The translations under genes were made by a program, and so were the position numbers. Below, in pieces: positions 24,487 through 37,497 of a stretch of 64,000 nucleotides of DNA. How positions within the stretch are numbered: position 1 is the first letter of the stretch; each line of letters opens with the position of its first letter. Where the stretch lies: assembly GCA_023213395.1 (NCBI GenBank), contig CM041465.1, positions 37,579,741 to 37,643,740 on the forward strand. Reading direction: 5' to 3'. The stretch comes from Cycas panzhihuaensis (Eukaryota; Plantae; Cycadophyta). The notes below the pieces were generated by a model that was given only the letters and a program-made list of their open reading frames with translations, had not been told where the DNA came from and did not search any database.

Positions 24487-27300
24487 TATTGGAGAGTGTC
24501 ACACCATATCATAGATCAAATGAGGGTCATGGTGAACTAAGCACCATTGGACCTACTTTCTAGGTGACATACTTCATCCAGTTCCACATTCGCTTTTGAG
24601 GATGAGTTGGCTATATTTATTGTGCAATGTTCATTGGGATATGGTAGGTGCAATTATTGTTTTAAGTTTGACAAAGTGTAGTAGTGATCAGCCATGCATA
24701 AAAAATCACATCAACTATAATAACAACATGAATTTTAATGAATTAGGGTTATGGGGAGACCTAAAGGTAAATCTTTGATGGTTATACGACATGATATATT
24801 TAGATTGTTCATATAGGTTGTTGGGATAATACCGATATTAGGGTAATACCCAAATCCATTTTATTGCTATATATCAGATATATTTGATGAAGGTAACGCA
24901 TGGTTGGTAGTTGGCTTTGATATATATGCCAACTCCCTCATAATCCCACTTATATTTCTATGGGGTCATTGACCCTAGGGTTCATCAACACCACACCATT
25001 CTTAGATTAGTTTGTTCTTCTTTAGTGTTTGTTTCTATTTCTCATTATTAACATCTTCCATTTACTACTAATATTTAGTATCAAAGCCTACTTGGGTAAT
25101 TTCTTAGTTGATTTATCTCTATTATTATTTGTTTATCTAGTTATATGAATCATAAGCCTAAAATATCTAAGTTCTATTGTTTTATAGTTCATATATTTAT
25201 TCCTCGAGTTTATATCAGCCATGTCTATGATTGTGTGTACTTTTCCCATGAAGTTAAGACTTGATTTTGATATATATATTATTTGATATATGAGTCCTTA
25301 ATCTTCTTGATCTAACAATGTGTTTATGCATGTGGTTTGGGAGCATATTTATGCCTAAGGTATGCATGTTTGTGTTTATGATTTACATTATATCTAGTTA
25401 TCCTTGTACTTTTATCTATATTATATCTATTCATCTGAGGGTTTTGAATTGGATTTCCTTTCTATAACAGTAGATGGGCATCTATTGTGTCTAAGTTAGA
25501 GTTGTATAATGTGCTTATAAAAGAGTAATATTCTAGTCTGGGTATAGATGATATACAACCTCATCTGCTTGTTGGATTGTATGATATATCACTTCATTTA
25601 CATTGGACAATTCCCTAGGCATCTCATTGTGGCATAATGAGCGATAACCAAAGCATCTCCTACCTAGCTACATACTAAGTTGAAAAGCCAATAGTTATCA
25701 TTCAATGATAGGTTATCATATGTGTAGTGTAACTATCCCCATGTAAGTGCATATTCCCATTTCTAAAGCTCAATCATAACCAACAAAAGTACATCCCATT
25801 CTATCTCTATCTACCTTTTGTTGTAGTAGTGTGTTAAGTGCATGATAGAGGTAGCCTGATTTCCTCTTATTTGAATATTAAAGCCAAGTTCTTGAGGTTC
25901 TAGTTATATGTACATAACCCAATTCCTGAGGTTTCAGTCATATGTGTATACTAGCTTCAATCCTAGAAATTCATCGAGCTTTATGTGGCCACACCATTCT
26001 TTACTCTTTGAGTCCACATAATGTATTTGCCCTTAGTATTATTGCAAACTATTGCATTGACTATCCTTTTGTCCCTTGTGTTAGTTGAAGTTCAACCCAC
26101 TCTTATTTAATGATTATACCAAAGGCAACTAGACCAAAGCCAAAGACACACAAGAGAACTTGGTAAAATAAACCTTTTTTTCAATGTATCTTATAATTTA
26201 AAAAATTTAAGTCAGTTCTATTTTTGTAAAGTCCACTTTATTACTAAGTTGTAGGTCACATTAAGAGAAAAGTGACTAGACATTTATTTTTAAATAGGCT
26301 TAATAATATTTAAAGGGGTTAATTCTACTTTTAAGTACTTGCACCTGCTTGGACAAGTATAACTTTTACACTTAGGGTCCATTCTTAAAATTATTAGTTC
26401 TATTATTTTTTATATTTTTGCCTAGTTAAAACAAGTGTTCACACTCATACATTGGCTTTACTTCTAATGGTCCATTTTATGTCTTAAGGTTGATGAAATA
26501 TTCTTATAGTGATTTATGTATTAAGGAGCTTTTATTAAAAAATTTTACTTACTTGTGTTCTTTAGACTCTAACTTTGTTATAAAATATTAGATTTTAGTC
26601 TCATCAGACACATTATAATTTTGACTCATTTATATTCAAAATGAGTGGTAATTTAGCCTCATTTGACTTTGTTTGATGTACTTTCTTAAGGCTTAATTTT
26701 TATGAATGTTTTGTGGGCTTCCTATGAGATGACCCCTTAAGTAAAACATTGAACAAGTATCTCATTGCAACTCAAATTTAATAGAAAAATCTACCATTTG
26801 GAGGTGGTTGATTTTGAATAGGAACATATGCATATCTTAGAGTTGAAATGGCATGATTTGTATTGTATTTGAATAGTATTTATCCATGTTTTCTATTTCT
26901 TTTTGCTCTCATCTTAACTTTATATTTTCAATAACCTCTAGTCCTTACTTTCAAGTATATTTATATTCCAAGTATATTTTATTCTTTAAGGCATCTTTTT
27001 TATTATATATTTAAGTGTAAATAATGTGATAGAACCGAAATGTTATGGAACAAATTATCTAAATTAGAGTAAATAAATGAATCTTATATTTATTTCTAAA
27101 GATATATGGAACTTTATTATAAATGGTTATAATGTATTAGGTTAAAATATCATGGTGGATGAAGTGAAGGACTTCAAGGAGAATGAAAAGAAGGATAGTG
27201 AAGTGATTATGTTTATCTTTTGTATGTTGGAGGACCCCATTTTTTCATGAGTTAATGAGGCAATGACTTTAAAGCATGCTTAGGATATGTTGAAGAACAT
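24487..27300 (+). mobile_element. 5' part of an old Copia element D (LTR about 24487-25073, PBS, long leader, gag start)
   Basis: PBS-like TAGTATCAAAGCC 25076-25088; gag-like KDFKENEKKDSEVIMFIFCMLEDPIFS at about 27165-27250 resembles gag of elements H and I; no partner LTR seen. Confidence 0.5.
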
Positions 27301-27399
27301 AACTTATACACTTTTTTATCAAGTACTTTGATGTTGCTCATCCTTTTGAAATGGGGTTAAAATCCCTCTTTTTAATAAAACAAAGGATGATCTGTCCTC

Positions 27400-30300
27400 T
27401 CATGATTTTATTCTCTATTTTTATGACCTCTTGCATTCTTGCTAATTCCCTTTAGTTGATGGTCTACTATTTGACTTGTTTACTAACTCTCTCAAATCTC
27501 AAGCCCATCTTAAGGTCATTAAAATTAGTCTAATCATGTATGAGAGTTCCATTGATAGATGTTTGACCCTTGAATCCTTTAAGATTCAAGAGATAAGAAT
27601 GTAAATATACCCTCTCACCCTGCTAGAAAAAATATTGCTCATGATTTTAACCCTATTTGAGGTGAGGAAAATTATAACCAACTCATGTTTGCTCTTTGTT
27701 CCCTTAAGTAATCCATCATAACTAAGCTCTTTAATTCTATGCCTAAACCTTCTAAATATTATAGGGTCATTCATCTTACTAATCAAAAGCTCAAGCAAGA
27801 AGTTAAGCCTCCTCCACCTCCTAATAAGAAGGGATCTTGGTACACATATCACCAAACTGATGCCCATGATAGATTTGAGTGCAACAAGCTCAAGTAGAAC
27901 CATCAAAATAAAGATTTGTTTATTCATGACAACCTATTTCCTAACCACTAAGACAAATATAAAGGAAAGGGTCTTACTAAGGACAATGGCCTATCTACTA
28001 GTTTTGAATCTAAGAATAAAGAGGCTTCTACTCCTACTAAACCTACCGAGGGTAAGAGAAATAATAATCATAACCTAAGATCCCCTCCCAAAGATAGCTA
28101 AGACACTTAGGCTAGTACCATCAACATGATAAAGGTTGATCTTCATGAAGTTAAAACCCAAAAATCAAAAAAATATAAAGTTGGCTCCTTATTTAAGTCA
28201 ACTAAAGAGATTCTTGAGATTTCTTTTTGTCCCATTGATATTGATTTTCATTATTCTCTTTTTTAAATCATTAAGATGAAGGTTTTTTCTATTGTAGAGG
28301 AGATTAAGTTTGTATCCATGGGTATCTTTATGTTCAAATTGTTTAAGAATTATCCTAACAAGACATAACTTTTACTTAATGCCCTTAGCATTGAATAACC
28401 TGATTTAAGTGAACCTCTTATTACTTTTAATCCTTCTCAACTCAATGAGCACCATGATTGATGTAATATTTTCCCATTTATCATTTATATTATAATTGAG
28501 TAATGGACCATAAAGAGGTGCATTATTAATGAAGGTGCTGCCACCAACATCATCCCTCTCTATCTCCTGGAGCCCCTTAGCATGTCTAGCTTTAAACTTA
28601 TAAATTAGGTATGCTAAAGTTTTAATAAAACCCAAGACATTCCAATGTGCAAGGTCTCACTTCTTCTCACTCTTTTGGGTAAAACTATCGTTATGGATTT
28701 TAACATCCTTGATTTGGACTTAGAGTACATGTTATTCGGTCATCCTTAGATTGACCAGATGAGGTATGCTTATTCTTCTCTCTTTGATAAACTCTAATTT
28801 ATTCATAAGGAAGAGGTCCAAGCAATCTTCTACCATTACAAACCTCAACAATGACAAATCTCCATAGTCAATGCCCTTCTTAAGGAGGATAAGATTGAAC
28901 CTTCTTTTATTTCATTTTGTTTTGGTTAGTACTTCTAAACTCATGGCCATAATACTAGTAAGGGAATTAAAATCAAAGATGTTTATATAGTTAGTTTGGC
29001 TATTCATAACTTCATCTTATTTGATAATAATAAATCCATCCTTGAGAATCTTGTTAGATCATCCTCTAGCCTCCCCCTTAATCACCATAAACTTAGCTTC
29101 TCCTAGTATATTAATCTCGACTCTCCTTTATCTTCTAAAGCATAAGAGGCTCCTATGATAGCTCGTTCTATTGATCCTACCCTTTCTTGCTTCAAGGAGG
29201 CTAGAACCTTATTCATTGGTAATACCATTGATATTAACCTTGTATTTACTAATGAACCCCATATTATCAAAGTTGGGGTTGATTGCTCCTTATAAGAAAT
29301 CCAAATAATTAAGAATCTTTGTATTAAGTTCTCTTTTACTTTTATACGAGACTATTTTGACATGAAAGGACTCCACCTCAATGTGGTTGTCCATCATCTT
29401 ACCACTCTTCTAGTAGCCAAACCTAAGTACTAATGTTAAAGAGCCATTCACCCTTAACTTTTAAACGCTATTAAGATGGAAGTTAAGAAGCTCTTAAAGG
29501 TTGGATTTATCAAGTCTATAAACTACCCTAAGAGGGTTTCTAACATCATTCCATTCACTAAGAAAAGTAGTTCTATCTAGATCTGCATCAATTTTAGAGA
29601 TATTAATAATGTGTAATCAAAAGATAATTTTTTCTTACCCTTTATTGACTAAATCCTTGATTAATCTACTAGATTTGGGGTCATGTCTCTCATGGACTCC
29701 TTTTCAAGCTATACCCATATCCTCATTACACCTAAAGACTATTAATAAATTACTTTCACTACCCTATAAGGGACTTTTACTTATAAAGTCATGCACTTTT
29801 GCCTTAAGAATGTCAACGCTACTTATCAAAGGGTAATGCATTATATGTTTCATAATCTGATAGTTCATGATGTTGGTATTTATCTTAATGATACGATGAG
29901 ACTCTATAAAAGTCACCAAGACCACATTTATGACCATTAAGTCATATGTGAGAGGTGTAGAAAATACAACTTATGCTTGGACCGTCTTAAATATGTCTTT
30001 GTTGATACTTTAGGCCAAATCCTTAGAAACATCATCTTCAAGGAGGGCATTTATACTGATCTTAACAAAATCAAAATGATTATTGAGATGCCAACACCTT
30101 CCACTTAGAGGTAGGTAAATTTTTTATAAGGGCACTTAGATTTTCTACGTAGTTTTATGACTAACTTTATGTTGAATGCTAAGCCTCTTACCACCCTTCT
30201 CAAGAAGGGCATTGCCCTTTGCTAGACTCTTAAAGTTTATAAATCTCTTAATAAGATTAAAGGTGGCCTTATATCTACCCTTATTTTAGTTCCTCCTCAT

Positions 30301-31400
30301 TTTAATAGATCTTTTATCCTAGATACTTTAGTTATCAAAGAATCCCTTGGGGTTATATTGGCCTAAGAGGATAACTTTAGTTGTGAATATCTTATCTATT
30401 TTTTTAGCAAAACTATGGTTGGTGTTTAAACCAACTATTCCTTTACTAAGAAGGAGTATCTTGTCTTAGTATTTGTGATTAAGAAGTTGCATTATTACCT
30501 CTTATGCAATATTATTAAGGTCATCCCCTATTCTGACCACATCCATCTCCTTCTTACTAAAATAGATCTTATTGGGTATATGGAAAAATGGGCTTTCCTA
30601 TTGTAAGGATTTGATTTTGAAATTATTAACTATATATTCTAAAAAGGGATGATTATCACTAAATAACTAGTAATCTTCCCTTTTCCTAGTGAGTCCAACC
30701 AATAAATGGATGATTCCCTCCTTGATAAGTTGGTCCTTCACATGGATACTATTAATGATTACTCAAGGTGGTATACAAATATCATCCACTTCCTCCAAGT
30801 CCAATCATATCACATAGGTGTAAATTATAAGGATAGGAAGAGAATTAGGGCAATGGCATATCATTATTCCATCCTTGGACACACTCTTTAAAAACATTAT
30901 TTTGATGGTATTATGCTTAGGTATCTCACCCCACCCCAAACCTAGACCATCATAAATGAGTGTTATAATGGAAATTTATGGTAGGTATTTTGGTGGCTAA
31001 GCCAAAACTTAATGAATCCTATGAATGGGCTATAATTAACCTACTCTATTTTTGAATACCCATTTATATATTTGAAAGTATGATGAATTCCAAGCTTATG
31101 CCAATCACATTCACTAACCCTCCATATTTATGAGGGGTATTATTTTGCCCTAGACTTTTTCATAGTGGAGTTTAGATCTGATTAGTCAAATTTTCCCTCC
31201 TTCCTCTTATGGCCATACGTTTATCATTATTAGCATGGAGTATCTCACTGAGTAGAGTGAAGTAGCTCCATTCACCTCTACTACATAAAAGGTTATCGCA
31301 ACCTTTATTTTTCACCACATCATCTATCTTATTGAGATTCTTAATCTTATTATCACTGACAATGGGACTTTCTTTCACAACAAAGGTGTTGATGAGTTGT
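27400..31400 (+). pseudogene. pol: Degenerate Gypsy Tat/Ogre-like gag-pol fragment (RT, RNase H, integrase)
   Basis: EVKKLLKVGFIKSINYPKRVSNIIP (about 29480), KVMHFCLKNVNATYQRVM, IYFFSKTM..TNYSFTKKEYLVLVF RNase H, IITDNGTSF integrase (about 31350); no LTRs found. Confidence 0.75.
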
Positions 31401-33357
31401 AGTAGATCTCATTTCCATTATTGGAATTGAATAAGGTAAGTAATAATTAGATCTATAAAAAATATATTTATTGATTTGAATTGAAAATATGATAAATGTA
31501 CATTATTTCATAGCTATATAAATATCTATGATATGCCCTTTTAATAAGTCACAACCTTAGGTTATGTCTATTAAATAAGTAGTTTATAAGAATTATTATT
31601 ATGATTAGTTGTAAGGTTTACAACAAAGTCCTTCCCATTTTGAAATGCTTTACCCTTAACACATGGGAAGGTTAGGGAATTTTTGGAGGATGTCTTCACT
31701 TTCCTAGGTGATATCATTATGTGAAAGTGACTTCCATTTAATAAAATACTCCTTTATTATTTATTATCATAATTGTTTGATATGAGTATCTAGAATTCCT
31801 TCTGGACTTAAGACAAGTTGGCCTTCTTCATCAAGTACAAGTAATTATGGTTTTGTTATGACCTTAAAGTCAATTTTAGGTTTGAGTCTAGAAATTTAAA
31901 ACATATGATAAATTTGAGCATCAAGCATATCCAAAACATAAGTGATAGAACAAATTCACTACAAAATTTAAAATGGTCTATAGAAATAAGGAGCAAGATT
32001 TTATTTTTTTTAAATTTTCAGTGAAGATTATTTATAATGTTATAGGTAAATAAAAACCCAATCACTAATGTTGAATTCTCTTGCAGAATGATGGGTATCA
32101 TCTTGTTGCTTCATATGACTTTGAGCTAGTTGTAGGTTATCTTTAAGAGCTTAAAGAAGATATAATATTTGTTATTATGTTTGTTTGATTATTAGTGCTT
32201 TTGTTATTTTCTAGAGAAAGGTATTGATGTTTGGAGGTGGGTAACCATAAAGTATTAGGAAGGGGCACATCTTGATTGTCAAATTATATAAAGCATTATA
32301 CTAATACTTGACCAAGTATACCCATTAGGATTGTTTATTTCTTATAAAGTAATATAAATAACATTGGTTTGGCCATCTATTTATGGATAGTTAGTTGTAC
32401 TCATATACAACTAGGTGCCTACTAATTGAAGTAATTTAGACTAGAATTTACTTATAAATTTTAGGTCTTAATTGCTGACAAGTATTTGAGAAAACCCATG
32501 GAAGTGATGGATTGTCTTCATGAATAAGTTATAAACTTGAACTACAAATACTATATTATGTAGTGGAATAAAATATGCATATTTTATTAGGTGATTTATG
32601 ATAACTAAAATAGAATATTTTCATGCAAATTTAGGTAGTCCTATAATAAAATCCATATTGATATTTGTCCATTTATAGCTTAGAATTAGTAATGGATGAA
32701 GCCAAGAAGCTTTATTATCTCCACATTATTAGAAAATGTCACAAGACATATGAAGTGATATATCTTATACAAACATAAGTTTAATTAAAACCTAAATGCC
32801 TAGAGGATGGTACCACATGTCCTTCCTAGAGGATGCTCTTTTTTAGGCTAAAGATTAAGGTAGGTAGATTTAATCTTTGTACAATAATGTGTTTCCATGG
32901 AGTAACCAATTTGGTGGAGATTTTCCTTGATGACATTCATGAACCCTAGCTTTAATTACTAGGTCACTATTATATTCAAAATGTAGTTCATTGACCCATA
33001 TAATAAGTGTTGTGGAAATTACATGGTATAACTCCTATTCATATTTCCTAGATAAACTATTAGTGACCATATTATCTTTCACCTTATTATATCTAATGTT
33101 AAAATCAAAATCTTAAATTTTTGTGAGCCATTTTTGTTATAATTCTAATAAGGTAGGTTGTTCTAAGAGATACTTGATATTATAATAATCTATTTATACT
33201 ATGAATTTATTATGAAAAAGATATTATTGTTATTTTGCTAAGGCATGGAGAATAGCTAGCATTTATTTATTATAAGTAAAGTAGGTTTACTCTTAAAGAT
33301 TATGTGTTTTGCTTTCAAATGCTATAAGTCATTTGTCTCGCTTTAAGACTATACCAA

Positions 33358-33890
33358 TGTTAAAACATGGTATAAGGAAAATATATTCTCATACCAACTA
33401 TAAGATAAGATAACCAATTATAGGTCCAAGATTTATAACAATACATTACTATGCCATGTCAAGCATTAACATACTAATGAAACCATCATATCAAATCATA
33501 AGGATATGTATATAAACATTATACAATACAAGATATAATCCATAATAAGCATAATCAACATTCATAATCATCACCATGAGATACCAAAAATAAATGTTGA
33601 AAACACAAACTAAGGAAAAACCACATAAGAAGTTTGGAGGGTAGCTATACTCTATTAATCATATAATAAAGTCACCCCTTTCACTCTCAAGTTTCTTAAG
33701 TATATGCATATATATTCATAGGACAAGCCACCTCATGATGAGCCTATCACATTTCAAAGCCTTTTCATCTTCTAATGGGAGGTTACTATTAATAATTATG
33801 TCTTTGTCACTTTAACTGATCTTTATATGTGAGAGAACATTAAATATTAACCATATGTAAATAAAACTACATGATCAATAATCTCCCCCT
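33358..33890 (-). repeat. Putative 3' LTR plus PPT of a Copia element unrelated to the LTR of F
   Basis: TGTTAAAAC start at 33358, minus-strand PPT AGGGGGAGA 33882-33890, GGAAAAACCAC motif typical of these LTRs. Confidence 0.45.
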
Positions 33891-33989
33891 TAATGTTTAA
33901 TGTTTATAATCTATAAATCTCTAAGTCCTAACTTTATATCTATGTTTGAACCTACACCACCAATAAGTTAAAAAAATTGTACTTGCTTC

Positions 33990-36811
33990 CTGTAAGTGCA
34001 ACCTATCATTATAAGGAAAGGGCCTCCTTACTGTGAAACAAGGCCACCTTATTGGAAATAGGCCTTATTATAGAATAAGACCTACTTATTATGAAAAAAG
34101 GGTCTCCTTAAGGAGGGTATGGTCCTCCTTGTTGATAGATTTATCTTTGTTGTTGGTAGCTTGGCCCACCTTATTAATAATTGGGTGATTCTCGTTGATA
34201 GAATGAGGTTATTGGTTGATAATATGGGGTAGCTTATTGGAAGCTAGGCCCATAAAATTAGCTCCCTTGATTTTGAAAGATTTATAGATCTGCCTATTAT
34301 CTCCTATATTTAATAGTAAGATGACCAGTTTCCCATAATATAAGCAAGTGACATTGGGTCTACCCTATTGATTCTTTTGTGTTTGAGACCGCGGTGTTTG
34401 TTGGGTCTACTCAGGCTACTAACTTTGAGTCGAGAAAGTGCTAACTTGATGTTGTTTTTGCTAAGTTAATAGCTAATTTGGCTCTTGAGAGATGCCTAGA
34501 GAGTCTAATTATTGAGTAAGGCTTTGGAATTGACTAGGTTGCTAAGGTGGTTATTATACACTCTTGCCTCTTTTTAAATTTTAAGCTACAAATATAAGGG
34601 CCAATTCAAAAGTAGATATAACCCTAAGTCAATTAAGAATGTTATCTTCTCTTGGTAGGAGCCCCCCAAAGATGATAGAGTCTATTTTTGAATAGTGTCC
34701 ACCTGCATTAGACTTATACCTAACAATAGATCTAGTAGTCAGAACTTAACCAACTAAGTCACTCACCCCTTCTAGGTCTAACCTCATTTCCCATCTTTAA
34801 TGGAAAGTTTACCACCTTAGCCTACCACTTAATACACTTGATATCCAATAGTTTTCTTAGTAAATTAGAGAAAGTCCAATGGCATGTACGGAGTGGTAAC
34901 TTTGGGGGTCCTAACCATTCCCCTTGCAAGATTGGTATAGATGTGGTTAATTATGGATTTATCTTGGTTAATATTTCAATGTTGATTTTTTAAGATGATT
35001 TGTTACAAATAAGAGCTTCTTTAAAAAAAAAAAACTAAAAAATAAGATGAAAAATGTAATAAGTTAAAGGAAAATGAAAGGTTTAGAATGGTCTTTGAGT
35101 AGGCTTGTACCAAGAAGAGCCACTTTAATCTCCAAGGAAAACACCTATAAAAAACCAACCATAAAAACTTTGTTAGCCTAAAAAATAGATTAAGATAGTT
35201 GAACAATGATCAATAACAACATAAAACAACAAAAGAACTTCTAAAAATAGAGTTTGCCATTTAAATGATGAGAAAAAGGCATAAGGAAGCTCAAACATAA
35301 AGATTATATTTGATAGCTTGTAACTTCTAGAAAATAGACTCAAAGTAGGCTCAAACTAATTTTAAATTATAGCCCTCTAAGTCCTCTTTCTAGTGGTTTA
35401 GACGATTCAAAAAGCAAACACCTAGTTAAAAAGATACTACAAAAATAGTAACAAATACCTTTTTTTATAAAAAACTTATGAAATATGGGCTTAAACCCCT
35501 TTGAAAAATATCCCTTGGTCATTGAACTAATGTATGTGACCACCCATTACACTAATTAAGGGGTTAATAGACTTGAAACTTTATCAAATATGAAATAATA
35601 TTTTTGTTTTTACAAAAATTATATAAATTAATTAATTATACTTTGAAGTTTTCCCTTTAAATAAAAAATATGGTTATATGATGACAAATAACACCCATTT
35701 GAGGAGGTTAAAGGGCCAAAACTATACTAAAGATCAAATATGATTTAATTTAATCAAAATTTAGTGAAATTAAGATCATAAAATTAAAAATAATTAATGT
35801 AGAGAAAGCCATGGAACTGTGTGGACTTTGTACACCCAGGGCAACATGCGCAACGAAATAAAGGCCAAATCTTATATGTTTTGAATGGATTTCATTTTGG
35901 ATCATATTGAGGAGGGACACAAAGGTTAGAAATTCACTTTTAGACATAGTTTACCTTCGAATAAGTCCAAAATTAGTGAAAATGAGCTATGGGAATCTTG
36001 GAGATACTGGGAGTAATTTTGGTAAATTCTTAATGTAAATCTCCATAAAACTACTTCATATGGCTACTTACAGACTAAGAACATGGACAACACAACATCA
36101 TGGATATAGATAAAGCGCTAACAGACAAATTTAGCTCAACCTAGGGTTGAAATGACATGAAACAAAGTTGTTTTCTTTTTTTTGTCTAAAAAGCAAGACT
36201 GTGAGCTTGTGGCACTACAACTGGACTGAATATCTATAAGATGAGGTTGATAGGAGCTAGAAATGGCCTATAATTACTTCAAAATGGCTGTATACACCAA
36301 GAAACTAAGAGAATAATGGAGAAAATATGAGAATAGTGTGTCATTATATGGAAATGACCCTCCATTCTTCACTAGTTTCTCAAAAAACTATAGATCATAG
36401 CACATGCAAGCTTTGATACCATGTTAAAACTCATCCAAGATCTAAAATCTATGTGCATCTATCACAAAATAAAGTTAAGCTATTGAAATAGAGAAATAAA
36501 TATTCAAATAAAAGTAGAACTAAGATGAATCAAAGTTCATGGGTGAATTAGTCACCACATAAGGCTATAAACTAATAGAGCTTCTGCATAGACTAAAATT
36601 CAATGCATAAATGAATTGGGCAGGGCTTAATTTATAAGAATCCCTCTAAAGTTTACATGAATATTATTGGTTGACTTAATAGAATATACAATAGACTCAA
36701 TATAATTACATAAAATGATTAAATTACAACAAGGGTTACCTATAGTACATAATAATAACCTAATGTACATGAATTACATAGAAATGAAGGTGTCATTACA
36801 ATGTTTTAACA
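33990..36811 (-). mobile_element. Truncated Copia F (same family as G): 5' LTR 36422-36811, PBS 36410-36421, leader, internally deleted gag
   Basis: Reverse complement of LTR and internal region match 37498-37888 and 39000-41100; the sequence jumps from the leader block to mid-gag at about 34690. Confidence 0.8.
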
Positions 36812-37497
36812 CAAGGAGAATCAAAGGCTAGCATGAGTCTTGAATTGTAGAACTAGTTGAAGGTGAGATGGAAAGACAGAAGTGGAGGGAAATGGCCTAG
36901 AAGAAGCGATGAAAAGAAATTATTAAATAATTACAGAACTAATAAGCTAAAGTAGAATATTTAGTGGACAAGGGAATTCTGGAAGATTGTCTATATCTTA
37001 TGGAGTGTGAACCATAAGACATCATAAATTGGAAAACTACATTTCTAACATAAATGACATGGAAATTAGTGATAGAGTTAGAAAGTAGGACTAAGTGGTC
37101 GTTACTAGATGTGCATCATATAATCTAGTTAGAACAATGACTTCATGAGACTAAATCATAACTACAGTCCTTGAAAACATTTATATTATAGTGGGAGGAT
37201 GATGTGGATGAAGTCATACCTCAATTGGAAAAATTCAAGGAGAGTTTTGATCAATATATTATAAAGGACCTCTACCTCGTATTCCATTGACTTAGGGCTT
37301 GGATTTTAAAAATTGACGAAGAAACTAAATGAAACATGGATTTTTGGTAGCAGATGAAAGCATACCATGCAAAATTATAGACTGCTCAAAAGATGAAAGA
37401 TGAATTGATACATAAGATTGACTATTTACATTTGGGTGAAATGCCAACACTACCTTAGTTGGATGCACTTTGGGATATTAGACTCTTATGTGATTTT

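Noticed and set aside
22444-24563. ORFs with CVCVCV/YIYI/THTH runs
   Set aside because: Microsatellite translations; only the LEGDS part of 24126-24386 is real (LINE RNase H)
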